Shown here one piece after another: positions 1 through 11,152 of a stretch of 64,000 bases of DNA (the stretch's first letter is position 1; every line of letters begins with the position of its first letter). A program made the translations under genes and the position numbers. The stretch lies in the NCBI GenBank assembly GCA_963714275.1, contig CAVQNT010000002.1, positions 320,001 to 384,000 of the forward strand, written 5' to 3'. This DNA is from Candidatus Bathyarchaeota archaeon. GTDB taxonomy: Archaea; Thermoproteota; Bathyarchaeia; Bathyarchaeales; DTEX01. Under the pieces are notes generated by a model. It was given only the letters and a program-made list of their open reading frames with translations. It was not told the origin of the DNA and did not search any database.

Positions 1-474
1 GGCGAACTCGATCTCTGCGTCTCGGGTCATCTTCCACTCTCGAACGGGCGCTATCACGGATATTTCTGGGGCGAGAGCTTTCGCTGTGACCTCTATTCGA
101 ACTTGGTCGTTTCCTTTCCCCGTGCAGCCATGTGCGATGGCGTCAGCGCCCTCTTTTTCTGCGATTTTAACCAGTTTCTCAGCGATCAACGGTCGTGAAA
201 GAGCGGTGCTTACTGGATACTTCTCCTCATACAAAGCGTTGGCTTTGATGGCTGGAAAAACGTATTTTTCAACGAATTCTTGTTTTGTGTCCAAAGAATA
301 ATGGTTTATGACGCCAAGTTTCTTCGCTTTTTCTTCGATTGCGTCCAAGTCCTCTTTTTGTCCCACATCTAACGTGACCGTAACGACATCTGCTTCGTAT
401 TTTTCTTGAAGCCATTTCAGAAGAACCGATGTGTCCAAGCCACCCGAATAAGCTAAAACTATTTTTCTACGCAT
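1..474 (-). CDS. argG: argininosuccinate synthase (N-terminal part, runs off window start)
   Basis: Manual translation: [16 protein letters not shown]...SRPLIA...[13 protein letters not shown]. Confidence 0.97.
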   Translation of the reverse strand, partial: MRRKIVLAYSGGLDTSVLLKWLQEKYEADVVTVTLDVGQKEDLDAIEEKAKKLGVINHYSLDTKQEFVEKYVFPAIKANALYEEKYPVSTALSRPLIAEKLVKIAEKEGADAIAHGCTGKGNDQVRIEVTAKALAPEISVIAPVREWKMTRDAEIEFA

Positions 475-566
475 TTTTTCGTCTCCAGTTTTTATGATGA
501 AACTACGAAATTCTTATATATACTTTTTGGTCAATATATGTCAAAAATTATATGAGATGACCGAAA

Positions 567-1237
567 ATGGTCGAAAACTCGCTTTCAAGAGTAATCCAGC
601 ACTTAATAGAACAGGACCCGTCCATAGAAGACGCTCTAGAAAGGGGTTATGCCAACTTCAGCGGCATATCTCGAACGCTCAAGCCTAAAGCCGAGGGGCT
701 CTTGGGAAAAAAAGTTACAATAGAAGGAATGATAACAGCTGTAAAAAGAACGCAGGTAAAATATGTCCCTAGACAAGACTTCCAAAAAATCATCGCTGAA
801 AGCATCATAAGCCTAAGAACAGACGTAGCCAAGATGTCGCTTGAAAAAACCAGAAAAAACCTTGAAAAAGCAAGGTTAGCCTCAGCGGACTACCCGGAAG
901 CCTTCTTCCAAGTCCTCGAAGGCACAACAACACTGACACTAATCACTGACCAGCGAATCATTGAGGAAGTCCAAGCTGTCTTCAAGGACGAAGAAAAGCT
1001 GGAAGAAAAACAGAACCTTGCAGCCATAACTGTACAGAGCCCGCATGGCATCGTTGGCACTCCGGGATGCATTGTGGCTTTCTATAATCCGATCGCGAGA
1101 AGTCAGATAAACATCGAGGAAACTGTTACTGCTTCACTGAAACAGCGATCGTTCTAAGAATGGAAGATGCTGCTAGGGCTTTCAGCATCCTCACAGACCT
1201 TATCTCAAGCGCAAGGAAAACAGTAGCCAAAAAATAA
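567..1237 (+). CDS. ACT-domain regulatory protein, divergent from argG; 1-nt frameshift at ~1128
   Basis: ORF 567-1157; restoring GTTAGCTGC gives EETVSCFTETAIVL...KK* ending at 1237. Confidence 0.75.
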
Positions 1238-1262
1238 TTTTTGATTTCTTTTCATTTTTGGT

Positions 1263-2087
1263 CTATATGAATTGCTCTAGAAACTGTTTCGCCTTCTGGA
1301 ACCCAGCCTCCGCGGTGAAGAAGGGGTCTTCGTGTTCTATGCTAAGGACGTAATCATATCCCGTCTCTTTTAACGCCGTCAGATAGGCAGTCCAGTTGAC
1401 GCGTCCCCAACCTGGTATCCTGTATCTCCACCAGCCTTCGCCTAGGACTCCTACTTGCCTAAGCTTATATTCCAGGATTTCGGTGTCCTTTGCGTGAGTG
1501 TGGTGTATTCTGTCTCGGAACCTGTGAACAGCCTCAACGTAGTCGATTTGCTGCCACAACAGGTGGGATGGGTCAAAATTTAGACCCAAAGTCTTGTCAG
1601 GAACCGCGTCTAAGGCAGCCTGAAAATGGTCCAGACCCTGCAGGTTTGTGGCGAACCAGTTTTCCATCGCGATCTTTACGCCCTGTTCTTTTGCCCTGTC
1701 AACCAGCGGATTAAAGACTTTGGGAAAGTCTTCTTTTAAAGTTTGGATTTTGTCTTTGCCTGCAGCTGGTCCTCCTGCTAACGTGCAGGCAACTTTCACG
1801 TCTAGGGCTGCACAGGCATCTATGACCTTCTTTAGAAATCGTTGTTCATCGGGATTTTCGAGGATTCTTATGCTGTAGAAGGCAAGGCTCGTAATTTCCA
1901 AGTTTTTACTAGACAATAGGTTTTTAATTTTTCCTGCGCCGCCGCTTAAGATGCGGTCTACATCAACCTGTTTTGAACCTGGTGAAACGCTTACTTCCAA
2001 ACCCTTAAAACCGTTTGCTGATGCCCAACCTACAAGTTTTTCGAAACTCCAGTTTCCTAAAGGAGCCGTTAATAACCCTACAAACAC
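1263..2087 (-). CDS. sugar phosphate isomerase/epimerase (xylose isomerase-like TIM barrel)
   Basis: MEN, NFDPSH, HAKD, SIEHED metal-binding motifs. Confidence 0.9.
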   Translation of the reverse strand: MFVGLLTAPLGNWSFEKLVGWASANGFKGLEVSVSPGSKQVDVDRILSGGAGKIKNLLSSKNLEITSLAFYSIRILENPDEQRFLKKVIDACAALDVKVACTLAGGPAAGKDKIQTLKEDFPKVFNPLVDRAKEQGVKIAMENWFATNLQGLDHFQAALDAVPDKTLGLNFDPSHLLWQQIDYVEAVHRFRDRIHHTHAKDTEILEYKLRQVGVLGEGWWRYRIPGWGRVNWTAYLTALKETGYDYVLSIEHEDPFFTAEAGFQKAKQFLEQFI

Positions 2088-2369
2088 AGTTCAACACCTC
2101 TACCTAACATGATTGATGTGCATTAAATAAATTTCGAACCCAATACAAAAAATGTATGTAAAGTAACAATATGTTTTTGGTTAATTATGGTTGTAATACG
2201 AGTCTAATGTCATAGAATATTGTTTCTGCGTTGTTTTTTCATAGAAGGGAGTTTGGCGGAGAGTTCAGTAATCTTAAGTAAGCGTTCAGTACAGACGTTT
2301 GGATAACATAGCTTTGAGCCCTCCTACTGATAGATAGCTAGCCTATGACTCATTGTTTCAGTTTGCTCG

Positions 2370-3914
2370 TTATATTTCAATTTTCAAGGCTTCTTGTTCA
2401 ATCTGTTTTGAAAGAATCCTGAAAACGATAGCGGAATAGATTAGAACGGGGACCGCAGAAACAAGTTTCGTTACAATGTCAAAACCTAGAAAAAGACTGA
2501 GTATTGCGTAGATGTATGTTGGGGTGATGAGAAGACCCGATAAAAACATTGCAGCATAATTAATCATTAAGGCAGGAGTTGCTCTTCGTTTCCTTGAAAG
2601 GAAACTCATCATCGTATACAGGTTTGCTGAGGACCCTATGATGGAGGCTGATGCGATCAACACTATGGGCACAATAGGGTCAGCGTGGTTGATGAAGGTG
2701 AGTAGGACAGTTGTTACAGCGGGAACAGCGAAGGCTAAAAGAGTGAAATCGTAGAGTATGGCTTTGGCGACAACTCCGAAACTCAGCCCCGACGTTATGG
2801 GCATCCAAAGGTTGTCCAGTTCAACCATTCTCCAATTGCTTGTTAACATGGCTGGAACTATGAACGAGTAGAAGGCTAGGAGGAATATCCACATGGGAAA
2901 AGTGGTTTCGTTGGGTCTGCTCGCAATATTTATTACCATCAAAACCGCGTAGAACATAAAAACCATGAAGAGACTGCCATCGCGCACTATTCTGACGAAC
3001 TCTTTTTTCATTAGAAAACTTTGAAGCGACTTCGAATCGAGGTTTAAGCTTGTCTGGAACCCAAACCGCGAAAAAAACTGTATGTTCTTTCCAGTTTTGA
3101 TTGTTTGAACCCTCATTGAAGTGTCAAACGGTGAAACGAAAGGAACAGGCTTCGCGAGCTGATAAAGGTTCAGGTTGGAGTAAAAAAGGAAAAACAAGGA
3201 GGAAACGAGAAAATAAGACAGTATACCCAAAACAGTTCCAACATTGGAGATTCTTCCATACAGAGAGTTGAGTATTATTTCCGCCAAAAATGTCGAAGGG
3301 TATGGGAGTTCGCTGTATTTTAGGGGAAAAGGAATCACTAGACTGACGGCAGGAAGCATCAACGATGCCAGAATAATTGTCAGAACGATTCGGACTAGGG
3401 CGTCTTGGCGGTAAGATTCCAGAATAGACAGAGATGTCTTCGTGAAGTAAACGAAAAACAAGAAGAGAACAAAACCTGTAACGATTAATATTGTTGATAG
3501 AACAGACAGCTGAAGAGAAACTATGGTAATGCAAAGACAGACGCCCAGTGGCAGCAAAAATACTGAGAGGGCTGTTAAGTCAGCTAGAAGGCTGACGATG
3601 AGATATGTTCTCGGAGTTATAGGAGACGTGAACAACAGGGTCTGTTCATATTCGTAGGCAACATATCCTCTGTAGGCGGAGAGCAGCAACAAGGCAACGA
3701 CGCTGCTAAGTAATGCGGCAAGGGGATTGAGGAAAGCTGTGATGTCAACTCCGCCTTTCACGACATTGATGACACTCAAAGACACGCCTATGCCCGACGG
3801 CAGCATACCCAAGACATAGACTACAATAAGAAGCAAGCTAGCCCGAGAAGACTTGAGGGCGCCTAAAAAAACCTTGACCTTAAACATGTAAAGGTCGCGT
3901 ACAACGCTCATCAC
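2370..3914 (-). CDS. ABC exporter permease
   Basis: Many TM helices; overlaps the ABC ATPase gene. Confidence 0.8.
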   Translation of the reverse strand: MMSVVRDLYMFKVKVFLGALKSSRASLLLIVVYVLGMLPSGIGVSLSVINVVKGGVDITAFLNPLAALLSSVVALLLLSAYRGYVAYEYEQTLLFTSPITPRTYLIVSLLADLTALSVFLLPLGVCLCITIVSLQLSVLSTILIVTGFVLFLFFVYFTKTSLSILESYRQDALVRIVLTIILASLMLPAVSLVIPFPLKYSELPYPSTFLAEIILNSLYGRISNVGTVLGILSYFLVSSLFFLFYSNLNLYQLAKPVPFVSPFDTSMRVQTIKTGKNIQFFSRFGFQTSLNLDSKSLQSFLMKKEFVRIVRDGSLFMVFMFYAVLMVINIASRPNETTFPMWIFLLAFYSFIVPAMLTSNWRMVELDNLWMPITSGLSFGVVAKAILYDFTLLAFAVPAVTTVLLTFINHADPIVPIVLIASASIIGSSANLYTMMSFLSRKRRATPALMINYAAMFLSGLLITPTYIYAILSLFLGFDIVTKLVSAVPVLIYSAIVFRILSKQIEQEALKIEI

Positions 3915-4732
3915 TTAGTTCTCCTGAACGCGCCGAAGATGCCATGTCTCACCTTTTTTGTTTGTTCTTCCGATTTTTCACTTGACGATGCTGTTCCCGT
4001 TTCTTCGGTGAGTTTCAAGAAAACCTCCTCTAACGTCGCGTTTTCTTCGGTTTCTGAGAGGCTTCGCAGTTGACTTAGGTCTCCGGTTGCCACGTTTCTG
4101 CCTTTGTGAATGATGGCGACGCGGTTGCACATTCTCTCGGCTGTGTCAAGCATGTGGGTTGAAAGAAAAATCGTTTTGTTCTCTTTTATTCTTGCGTTGA
4201 ACAGTTCTTTTATTGTGTGCTGTCCAGTGGGATCTATACCTATCAACGGCTCATCCAGTATGAGAAGGTCCGGGTCATGTATAAGCGCGGATGCCATAGC
4301 TGCCTTTTGCCTCATTCCCCTTGACAACAATAGTACGAGTGATTTTCGTTTTTCTTCCAAATCGAAAATCCGCAGGTACGTGTCGATTCTTTGCCTTATC
4401 AGCTCGTTGGGTATGCTTCGAATCTTGCCCGAATAAATCAGAAGCTCCTCAACAGTCAAGTAGTCAGGCAGCGAAACGGACTCAGGCACGTACCCGATTG
4501 ACCGCTTATATTCGTACGGGCTCTGCGTTGGGTCTAAGCCGTTAACGTTGATTGCGCCCTTATCCATCTTCAAAAGACCAACAATTATTTTTATGCAGGT
4601 CGTTTTTCCTGCGCCGTTCGGTCCGACAAGCCCGAAGATTTCTCCCCTTTTTGCCTCCAAGTCTAGACCGCTCAGTGCCTGAACCTCGTCGTATGCTTTC
4701 CAGACGTCGGTTAACTGTAATATTTCTGACAT
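3911..4732 (-). CDS. ABC transporter ATP-binding protein
   Basis: GPNGAGKT, LSRGM, LILDEP, STH. Confidence 0.95.
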   Translation of the reverse strand: MSEILQLTDVWKAYDEVQALSGLDLEAKRGEIFGLVGPNGAGKTTCIKIIVGLLKMDKGAINVNGLDPTQSPYEYKRSIGYVPESVSLPDYLTVEELLIYSGKIRSIPNELIRQRIDTYLRIFDLEEKRKSLVLLLSRGMRQKAAMASALIHDPDLLILDEPLIGIDPTGQHTIKELFNARIKENKTIFLSTHMLDTAERMCNRVAIIHKGRNVATGDLSQLRSLSETEENATLEEVFLKLTEETGTASSSEKSEEQTKKVRHGIFGAFRRTK

Positions 4733-4737
4733 ATGCT

Positions 4738-5220
4738 TTACCTTTTGTACCCTATTTTTCTAAGCAGGTTTTTGCGCCACTCAACTTCTTTCTCGTCTTC
4801 GACGCCCTTCGGTTTTTGCCCGTCAATCACGCCTAAGATGCCTTTTCCCTGTTCAGACTCAGCAACAACAACTTCCAGAGGGTTCGCTGTGGCAGCATAA
4901 ATAGTGCACACTTCGGGAACCATTTTTAATGCGTTAAGAACGTTAATTGGGTATGTTCCTTTCAGGAAAATGATGAACGAGTGTCCGCAGCCTAGCCTAA
5001 GCATGTTTTTGGCTGCTGCCTTCTTCAGTTCTTCGTCTGTGCCTTCCATCCTTATGAGTCGTTCGCCGCTGCTTTCGCAGAACGCCACTCCGAACTTGAT
5101 GTTGGGCACAGAGTTGACCATGGCTTCGTAAATGTCTTCGACGGTTTTTATGAAATGGGACATCCCAAGGATGACGTTGCTGTCCTCCGGCGTCTCAATC
5201 CTGACGATACTAATTTCCAA
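4738..5220 (-). CDS. adenosine-specific kinase family (DUF355) protein
   Basis: HFIKTVED, FCESSG, GHSF, YPINVLN, ATANP, GVIDG. Confidence 0.9.
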   Translation of the reverse strand: MEISIVRIETPEDSNVILGMSHFIKTVEDIYEAMVNSVPNIKFGVAFCESSGERLIRMEGTDEELKKAAAKNMLRLGCGHSFIIFLKGTYPINVLNALKMVPEVCTIYAATANPLEVVVAESEQGKGILGVIDGQKPKGVEDEKEVEWRKNLLRKIGYKR

Positions 5221-5472
5221 CTTTCGTCACTCCTGCTGACAAAGAATGGGGTAACAAATAATTAATCCTATGAATATAACGTATTAACCTTTTTTCCTGC
5301 TGATGTTACGGTTTATGATTGTTGGCAGTACTGCCTTGTCCATGATACCATAATGAATCCTTACAGCTAGACTCGACTTTAAGCACTTATGAATCCAGCG
5401 ACAATGTGTAATTATTCAGTGTTCAAGCTGCGATTATAGGAGCTCTCAGAAGCCTGTAGAGGATATCCTTGA

Positions 5473-5730
5473 ATAAGTAAAATAGTTAACGAGACACACA
5501 GAATTGTAAGGATCATTCTTGAACATTTGTTTGTGAAGCCTTTGCGGTGGAGTGAGATTATGGAACTCACCACGAGATCTTCATTTACTTACAGCTAGGT
5601 CCAAACAGTCTTTACTTGGCTCGCTTTAAACGGCTTTATCAATAAAGGCTCAGAACATAAAGACCCATACATGATAATCAACAAAGGAAAAGCCTTCCTT
5701 GAAGTCTTAATACATGCCGAACGTGCTTGA
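5473..5730 (+). pseudogene. winged-helix protein with in-frame TAG (5596-5598), no clear start
   Basis: IVRIILEHL..KPLRWSEIMELT..YS*VQTVFTWLALNGFI..PYMIINKGKAFLEVL. Confidence 0.55.
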
Positions 5731-5954
5731 TGATAACAGCAACCTTCATTCCGTCCTTAGTTAGAGACAAATATCCACAGTCTTTCCAAACCATAGACTT
5801 TTCACCTCCAATTTTTCGTCCCAGTCGAAAAATCCAGTAAGGGACAACACCTCCATATCTTTCAGAGAATTTTGAGCCATTTTTCTGATAGAGTGCATAT
5901 TCGTTGAAGCGATAAATATATATGTGGGCTGGATGGATAATCTAACCTGTCACA

Positions 5955-6491
5955 ATGAATACTGTCAAAATAACGATTATTGTTACATTCTGCGCGCTAT
6001 CAATAGCGACAAACTATGCTTTGATAGGCGTCTCAAACGTTAAACTAATGGACTTGATTGTTTTTGTTGCGGGTTTCCTTTTTGGTACAGTCATCGGATC
6101 TTCAATCGGAATATTCTCTTGGTTGATCTATGGTGTGATAAATCCTTATGGCTTTATCCCTCAAATTTGGCTCACAACAATGATCGCAGAATCCGTGTAT
6201 GGTATAACTGGAGGTGTTCTCAGAAAAGCCCTTGGCTCAACAAACTTAGACAATCAACGATTCAGACTCAGTATTCTGTTTGCAACAATGGGTTTTCTTC
6301 CAACAGTACTGTATGACATGATTACCAACATTGTTTATGCATCTTCTTTCCAGATTCCTCTTGTTGTTGCCATTTTTGCGGGAGCCCCCTTCACGGTGTT
6401 GCATGAAGTTGCTAACGCTGCTATCTTTGGTGTTTGTTCGGTTCCATTAATTACAGTGCTTGGGAAAATTGTTAAGGTGAGTAAGATATGA
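5955..6491 (+). CDS. ECF transporter S component
   Basis: ~6 TM; NVKLMDLIVFVAGFLFG, NPYG. Confidence 0.8.
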   Translation: MNTVKITIIVTFCALSIATNYALIGVSNVKLMDLIVFVAGFLFGTVIGSSIGIFSWLIYGVINPYGFIPQIWLTTMIAESVYGITGGVLRKALGSTNLDNQRFRLSILFATMGFLPTVLYDMITNIVYASSFQIPLVVAIFAGAPFTVLHEVANAAIFGVCSVPLITVLGKIVKVSKI

Positions 6492-6943
6492 AGATTGCAG
6501 AGAACACATGGATTCTTGCAGTATTAGTTATACTCTGCTGGGCTTTAGCAGCTTCATTTATGACAGGGTACTACTATTTTCAGTACACCGACCTCTCGAC
6601 CAAAGTGAAAGAGCGTATAATCTCAACTAATCTTGGCATTAACTACGGCAATGGAACCATTCTTTGGTTCAACGAAACCAAAATCAATGCTGGTTCCACC
6701 ATGCTTGATCTCACCAAGCTTCTTGTTTCAGTAAACTATACAGAAAGTTCGTCAGGTACATCCATCAACGCAATAGAAGGAGTACCCAACTCTTATCCTG
6801 AATATTGGGTGTGGTGGAGCCATTCAAGTTATGGATGGACTTTCGGTCCCGTTGCTTGCGACAAATACGTAGTTGGAGATAACGAAACTGTGCTTTGGTA
6901 TCGGCAGGATATCACCAATTATCCTAACTTATCTCCACCTTAA
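6488..6943 (+). CDS. membrane-anchored DUF4430 (transcobalamin C-terminal-like) protein
   Basis: INAIEGV..YWVWW...GPVACDKYVVGDNETVLW. Confidence 0.75.
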   Translation: MKIAENTWILAVLVILCWALAASFMTGYYYFQYTDLSTKVKERIISTNLGINYGNGTILWFNETKINAGSTMLDLTKLLVSVNYTESSSGTSINAIEGVPNSYPEYWVWWSHSSYGWTFGPVACDKYVVGDNETVLWYRQDITNYPNLSPP

Positions 6944-7014
6944 TTAAGGATAACCGCGTGTTGCTGGATTCATAGATGAGCAAAGTTTGGAACATGTAGG
7001 TAAAAAACGTGCCT

Positions 7015-7653
7015 TTAAATTTTAGTTCTTGTTCTTAGGAGTCCAAGAGCCGCGTTTCTTGCTCCAAGTTCTGCATTTATTTTTTCATTTGCACTTCCGA
7101 TTATTATAACGTCGCCCTCCTTTAAGCTCAGTTTCGACAAAGAAGCAAGAATAGATGGATCGCTTTCTAACACATCTTCCTTCATTCCAGGCATAGTCAG
7201 TTTGTTCTCGGCGAAGATTAGAGTAGTGGCTCCCTTTGCGCCTGCCATTATGGCAGCGTCTCTTTGTTCTAAACCATATCTTATGAAATCTTTCATCCCC
7301 ATTACCCGAACTGCAACATTGAAAGCAGCAACTGTCAAAGGTGTAGATTGAATCTCCCTCGGTTCACTTATTAGAGTTCTCAGACGTGAAAGCAGTCTTC
7401 TTCCATCCGAAGATAGTGACATCCCTGAGTTTGAAACATCAATCAGTCCTTCATTCTTGAGATGTCTGACGAGTGTTCTGATCTCGCCTTCTCCCAGGCT
7501 GAGGTCTTTTGAGAGTTTCAACCGACCTACGCTTACTTGGAGACTGATCTCTTCTAAAGCCTTCATAACTTGAGCTTCAGTAAATGAAGGCGAACGTCCA
7601 GGCGCTATTTTCCCTGCAACCTTGTTGACTATTTCAAGGGGATCCATATGCAT
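7015..7653 (-). CDS. HTH protein, DUF4443/PH0730-like
   Basis: GRLKLSKDLSLGEG, GLEQRDAAIMAGAKGATT. Confidence 0.75.
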   Translation of the reverse strand: MHMDPLEIVNKVAGKIAPGRSPSFTEAQVMKALEEISLQVSVGRLKLSKDLSLGEGEIRTLVRHLKNEGLIDVSNSGMSLSSDGRRLLSRLRTLISEPREIQSTPLTVAAFNVAVRVMGMKDFIRYGLEQRDAAIMAGAKGATTLIFAENKLTMPGMKEDVLESDPSILASLSKLSLKEGDVIIIGSANEKINAELGARNAALGLLRTRTKI

Positions 7654-7951
7654 TCTCCGTGCTTATAGGCTGTCATAAGTCATTATATTACTTGATAAAA
7701 GTGTCTTTTCTTCATTTCCTAATCTGAATTCTTCCATCTTATCTCCACCCCTTTATTAAATATCATAAACATGTTACTTAAATTAGCTGGCTGAACGGTT
7801 CGGGTTGAACTTGTACTTAATACCGATTGGTTTTGAATTTGTTCTTTTCATTCTTTTTATACAAAAAAAGATAAAACAGTTAGAGGAAAGTATAAAACAA
7901 TTAAGGAAAAGTTAAGGCGATTAGAGAATGCCAACTCTTAAACTTTCGTGG

Positions 7952-8095
7952 TCAGAGTTGAACAATTCTTGGAATCCATGTCTCTCGTTCGCCACGAAGG
8001 TATTTAGCGAACAAAAGAGCTTCCTCGCAAATCAGCGTTTCAAGGGTCTGTTTGTAGCCTACCTTTATTCTCGGAGCCTCGACCTTAATATTGTA
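7952..8095 (-). pseudogene. cas1: cas1 (solo/casposase-like) 3' remnant
   Basis: YNIKVEAPRIKVGYKQTLETLICEEALLFAKYLRGERETWIPRIVQL*, homologous to the C-terminus at 34510-34642; begins at TAGCTAG (8094-8100). Confidence 0.85.
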
Positions 8096-8447
8096 GCTAG
8101 GGATTTTCTCTAGGGAGTTTTAGCTCAGGTTATTTCCGCAAAATACCTTTTATTTAAGCCTATTTTACATAGTTAAGTATGGATTATGGTTTAGTTGCCC
8201 TTGGCAGTCGGTGCAGGATTAACCTTTACTAGGAAAAATTCCGTTTAGCCCAGAAACCAACACAAACTAATGACCAAATGATTTGAGCCCACAGAACAAA
8301 CATGGCAAAATATAGTTTATCTTTTCATAATCTTTAGTGTTGTCACACAAACGGAAAACTCAGTTGTTACACAAATCAGACCAGATGAATCCATTAAGAC
8401 CAATGAACAAGCATGAAGAACATTATTGGAATGGAAAATATTGCTTG

Positions 8448-9506
8448 TTAATTGCTTGTTTCTTTGGCTTGTTGTTGTTCGCCGATGATGGTTTTGGCGT
8501 TCCTCCACTGATCATGAAGGATGTCGATTGTGCCTGGAAGCCCAGCGTGAACTGAATAGAAAATGTAGCAAAGATACGCGCATTTCGTGCATTGGTTGTA
8601 TTCTTTCCTGAGTCTGCGGAGATCAGCGTTTTTCCAGACTTTCGGCAGGACAAATATTGAAGCCACGGGTTCCCTACTGTGGCATCCCGCGACTCTCCCC
8701 AAGTGGTCAACTATGAGGAAGCCATCAAGTGCCCTGCATGTCCACGTCCGTTCGTTAGATAAAGCGAGCTGCCTCAAAGCCTTCAGAGTTTTCTTCGTGA
8801 TATAAACGCAGTCGTTCTTTTCCCTTAACTCCAGTAGCTGGTCGAAAACTTTGACAAGCGCCTCTTTGTCCCGAATCTCGTACTCGTCGTTCTTCTTTCC
8901 TATGCTGAACATCCCGTCCTTGAACGGGTAATCGTACCAGTAAAGGCAGAACCAAACAGGCGTGTCACGTTCAATGAAATATTTGGTGTAATCAACAATC
9001 TCGTAAAGGTTAAACTGAGAAATAGTAGGCGAAACCCCAACATGAATACCCTTTTCCTTCAAGGTCTCAATAGAGTTCATCGCGTTTTTATATGCGCCCG
9101 GGACTCCTTTCAAATAATCATTTTTTTGTTCGTCCAGCGAATCCAACGAAATGGCGACGAAGTCAACATTCCGTAGCGTGTCAACTTTTTTTGCTGCCAT
9201 GCTGCCGTTGTCGTAAACTGTTGTGATAAATTTTTTTGAGGCGTAATCCAAAATTTCGCCAATGTCGTCTCTCAGCAAGGGGTCGCCACCTGAAAACACG
9301 ATTTCTAAAACGCCCAGTTGACTGAGTATGTCCAAGCCCCTTTTTATTTCGTCCGTCGAAAGCTCCGTGGAATCTTGTTCAGCCCACACGCTGCATCCCC
9401 TGCAACGGTAATTGCACCTCCGAGTCACCATCCACTGTGCATGGTAGGTTTTAGGCGACTTGAAGGAACGCTTTATCAAGCCAAAGGTTTTTGACCGATG
9501 GGGCAT
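8448..9506 (-). CDS. radical SAM/SPASM-domain protein
   Basis: CNYRCRGC, SGGDP, C-terminal Cys motifs. Confidence 0.9.
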   Translation of the reverse strand: MPHRSKTFGLIKRSFKSPKTYHAQWMVTRRCNYRCRGCSVWAEQDSTELSTDEIKRGLDILSQLGVLEIVFSGGDPLLRDDIGEILDYASKKFITTVYDNGSMAAKKVDTLRNVDFVAISLDSLDEQKNDYLKGVPGAYKNAMNSIETLKEKGIHVGVSPTISQFNLYEIVDYTKYFIERDTPVWFCLYWYDYPFKDGMFSIGKKNDEYEIRDKEALVKVFDQLLELREKNDCVYITKKTLKALRQLALSNERTWTCRALDGFLIVDHLGRVAGCHSREPVASIFVLPKVWKNADLRRLRKEYNQCTKCAYLCYIFYSVHAGLPGTIDILHDQWRNAKTIIGEQQQAKETSN

Positions 9507-9572
9507 TTTTGAAGCTCCGACAGCTACGAAATACGCTTTAGAGTTCTGATAAACCTTACCATTTTTCGTCTT

Positions 9573-10283
9573 TTATCTTACGGGGACCCAAACCTTTGAC
9601 ACGGTTCTTCGGAACAGCAAGTAAGACACGTAGTCAACAGTCCACATTCCAAGAACGTTGCGAAACCCAGATTTCCGAATCCGTCTCATAGACTCATACA
9701 CGCACAGGTCAGCAATGAACCTGAAATCTCCTAGTTTCGAAACCCGCAACGCAAGGTCATGGTCCTCGATGCAGGGCAACTTCTCGTCAAACCCGCCCAC
9801 TCTCATAAAAGCGTCTTTCCTTACCGCCAAAAACTCTCCTCTGGAATGAGGCTTAATTCTCGTTAAAAATTGTAAAAGCCGATTATAGAATTTGAAGAAA
9901 GCAAATTCTGAAATTCTGGGATTCATGGGCATGATGTTGCAAGTGGCGCCCACAACTCGATGGTCCTTAAAGGTTCTCACCGTTTTCTCCACAAAATCCG
10001 AGGGAGGAGTAACGTCTGTGTCGAGAAAAATGATTATTTCGCCTTTTGATTCGTGAGCACCAAAGTTTTTTGCCTTCGCTATTCCGCGCTGGTTGACCAC
10101 GTAAACTTTGTCCGTGAACTGTTCTGCAACTTTCACAGTGTCATCTCTGCTTCCACCATCAACGATGATGGTTTCAAAGTTTGGTCCAGCCTTCGAAAGC
10201 TTGGATAGTAAGCCGCCTATGTACCGTTCTTCGTGGAAAGTCGGAATCACGACTGAAACCTTAACTGGCTGAGCTTCTCGCAT
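9573..10283 (-). CDS. glycosyltransferase family 2
   Basis: VVIPT, DGGSRD, FLDTD, GGFDE, EDHDL. Confidence 0.92.
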   Translation of the reverse strand: MREAQPVKVSVVIPTFHEERYIGGLLSKLSKAGPNFETIIVDGGSRDDTVKVAEQFTDKVYVVNQRGIAKAKNFGAHESKGEIIIFLDTDVTPPSDFVEKTVRTFKDHRVVGATCNIMPMNPRISEFAFFKFYNRLLQFLTRIKPHSRGEFLAVRKDAFMRVGGFDEKLPCIEDHDLALRVSKLGDFRFIADLCVYESMRRIRKSGFRNVLGMWTVDYVSYLLFRRTVSKVWVPVR

Positions 10284-10541
10284 GGCAAATCTACTTTTCT
10301 AAGGCGTCAGGTTTCAACAGCCTTACGTGTTTGTAGATTATGAAAGAAGTTTATCTGTTTTTTGACAGAAAACAGGCAGTGCCCCTTCACTATTTTTTGG
10401 CGTTCAGCAATAGTCAAGTAAAATTTCTTCCATGCAAGAAAAAAATCTAAAAAAAAGGGGCGAATAACTAATTTTTCACACATTTTTTATCATAAGAACA
10501 GAGGCTAAGGTGATGTGAAGCATTTAGTCTTCTATTATTTA

Positions 10542-10860
10542 TTACTCTTCCCGTCTTTCAACTACGATTTTGCATCGTGTAACCATAGCTGCAATGACGC
10601 CTAGAACTGCCATCCAAGGTACTAGCAACGCACCTATGACGCCAACCGTTACTGGGATTTCAAGCAAGGTTTCGTCCTTTTCGTTCTTGAGAATTATTTT
10701 TGTGATGTTACCTTCATGGATCAGCTCTTTCACCTTTTTGACAAGATCGTCCGAGGAAACTGTGTAGACTTCGCTGGTTGTCTTCTTGGTTGACACGCCG
10801 CAGAATGAACAATAGTTCATGCCTTCAGTCTATCTCTTTTCCACAATTTCGACAAAACAT
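10542..10860 (-). CDS. zinc-ribbon + DUF4342 protein; frameshift at ~10829
   Basis: Removing one base (AGACT to AGCT) gives MFCRNCGKEIAEGMNYCSFCG...KELIHEGNITKI..LLEIPVTVG. Confidence 0.8.
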
Positions 10861-11152
10861 ATTCATTATACTCTCCTAATGACCGTATATGCATCTTTAA
10901 AAAATGACCGATATAAACATATATATCAACCAGCATAACTACTGCCGATGATTTATAAGCTAGCTGACTAATTTTAGCAAGAAATACTAGAAAGAAGAGT
11001 TCCCACATAACGCGCGCGCACTCCTTTTCTCAGACAAGCGAATCGTTTTTCAAGTCAATGCGACATTAAATGTATACTGCTGCTTGATTTGGTCGCAATA
11101 CCTAGATTGCAATACATACCCTACAAGCGGATTTGAGAAGGCAAGAAAGCAG

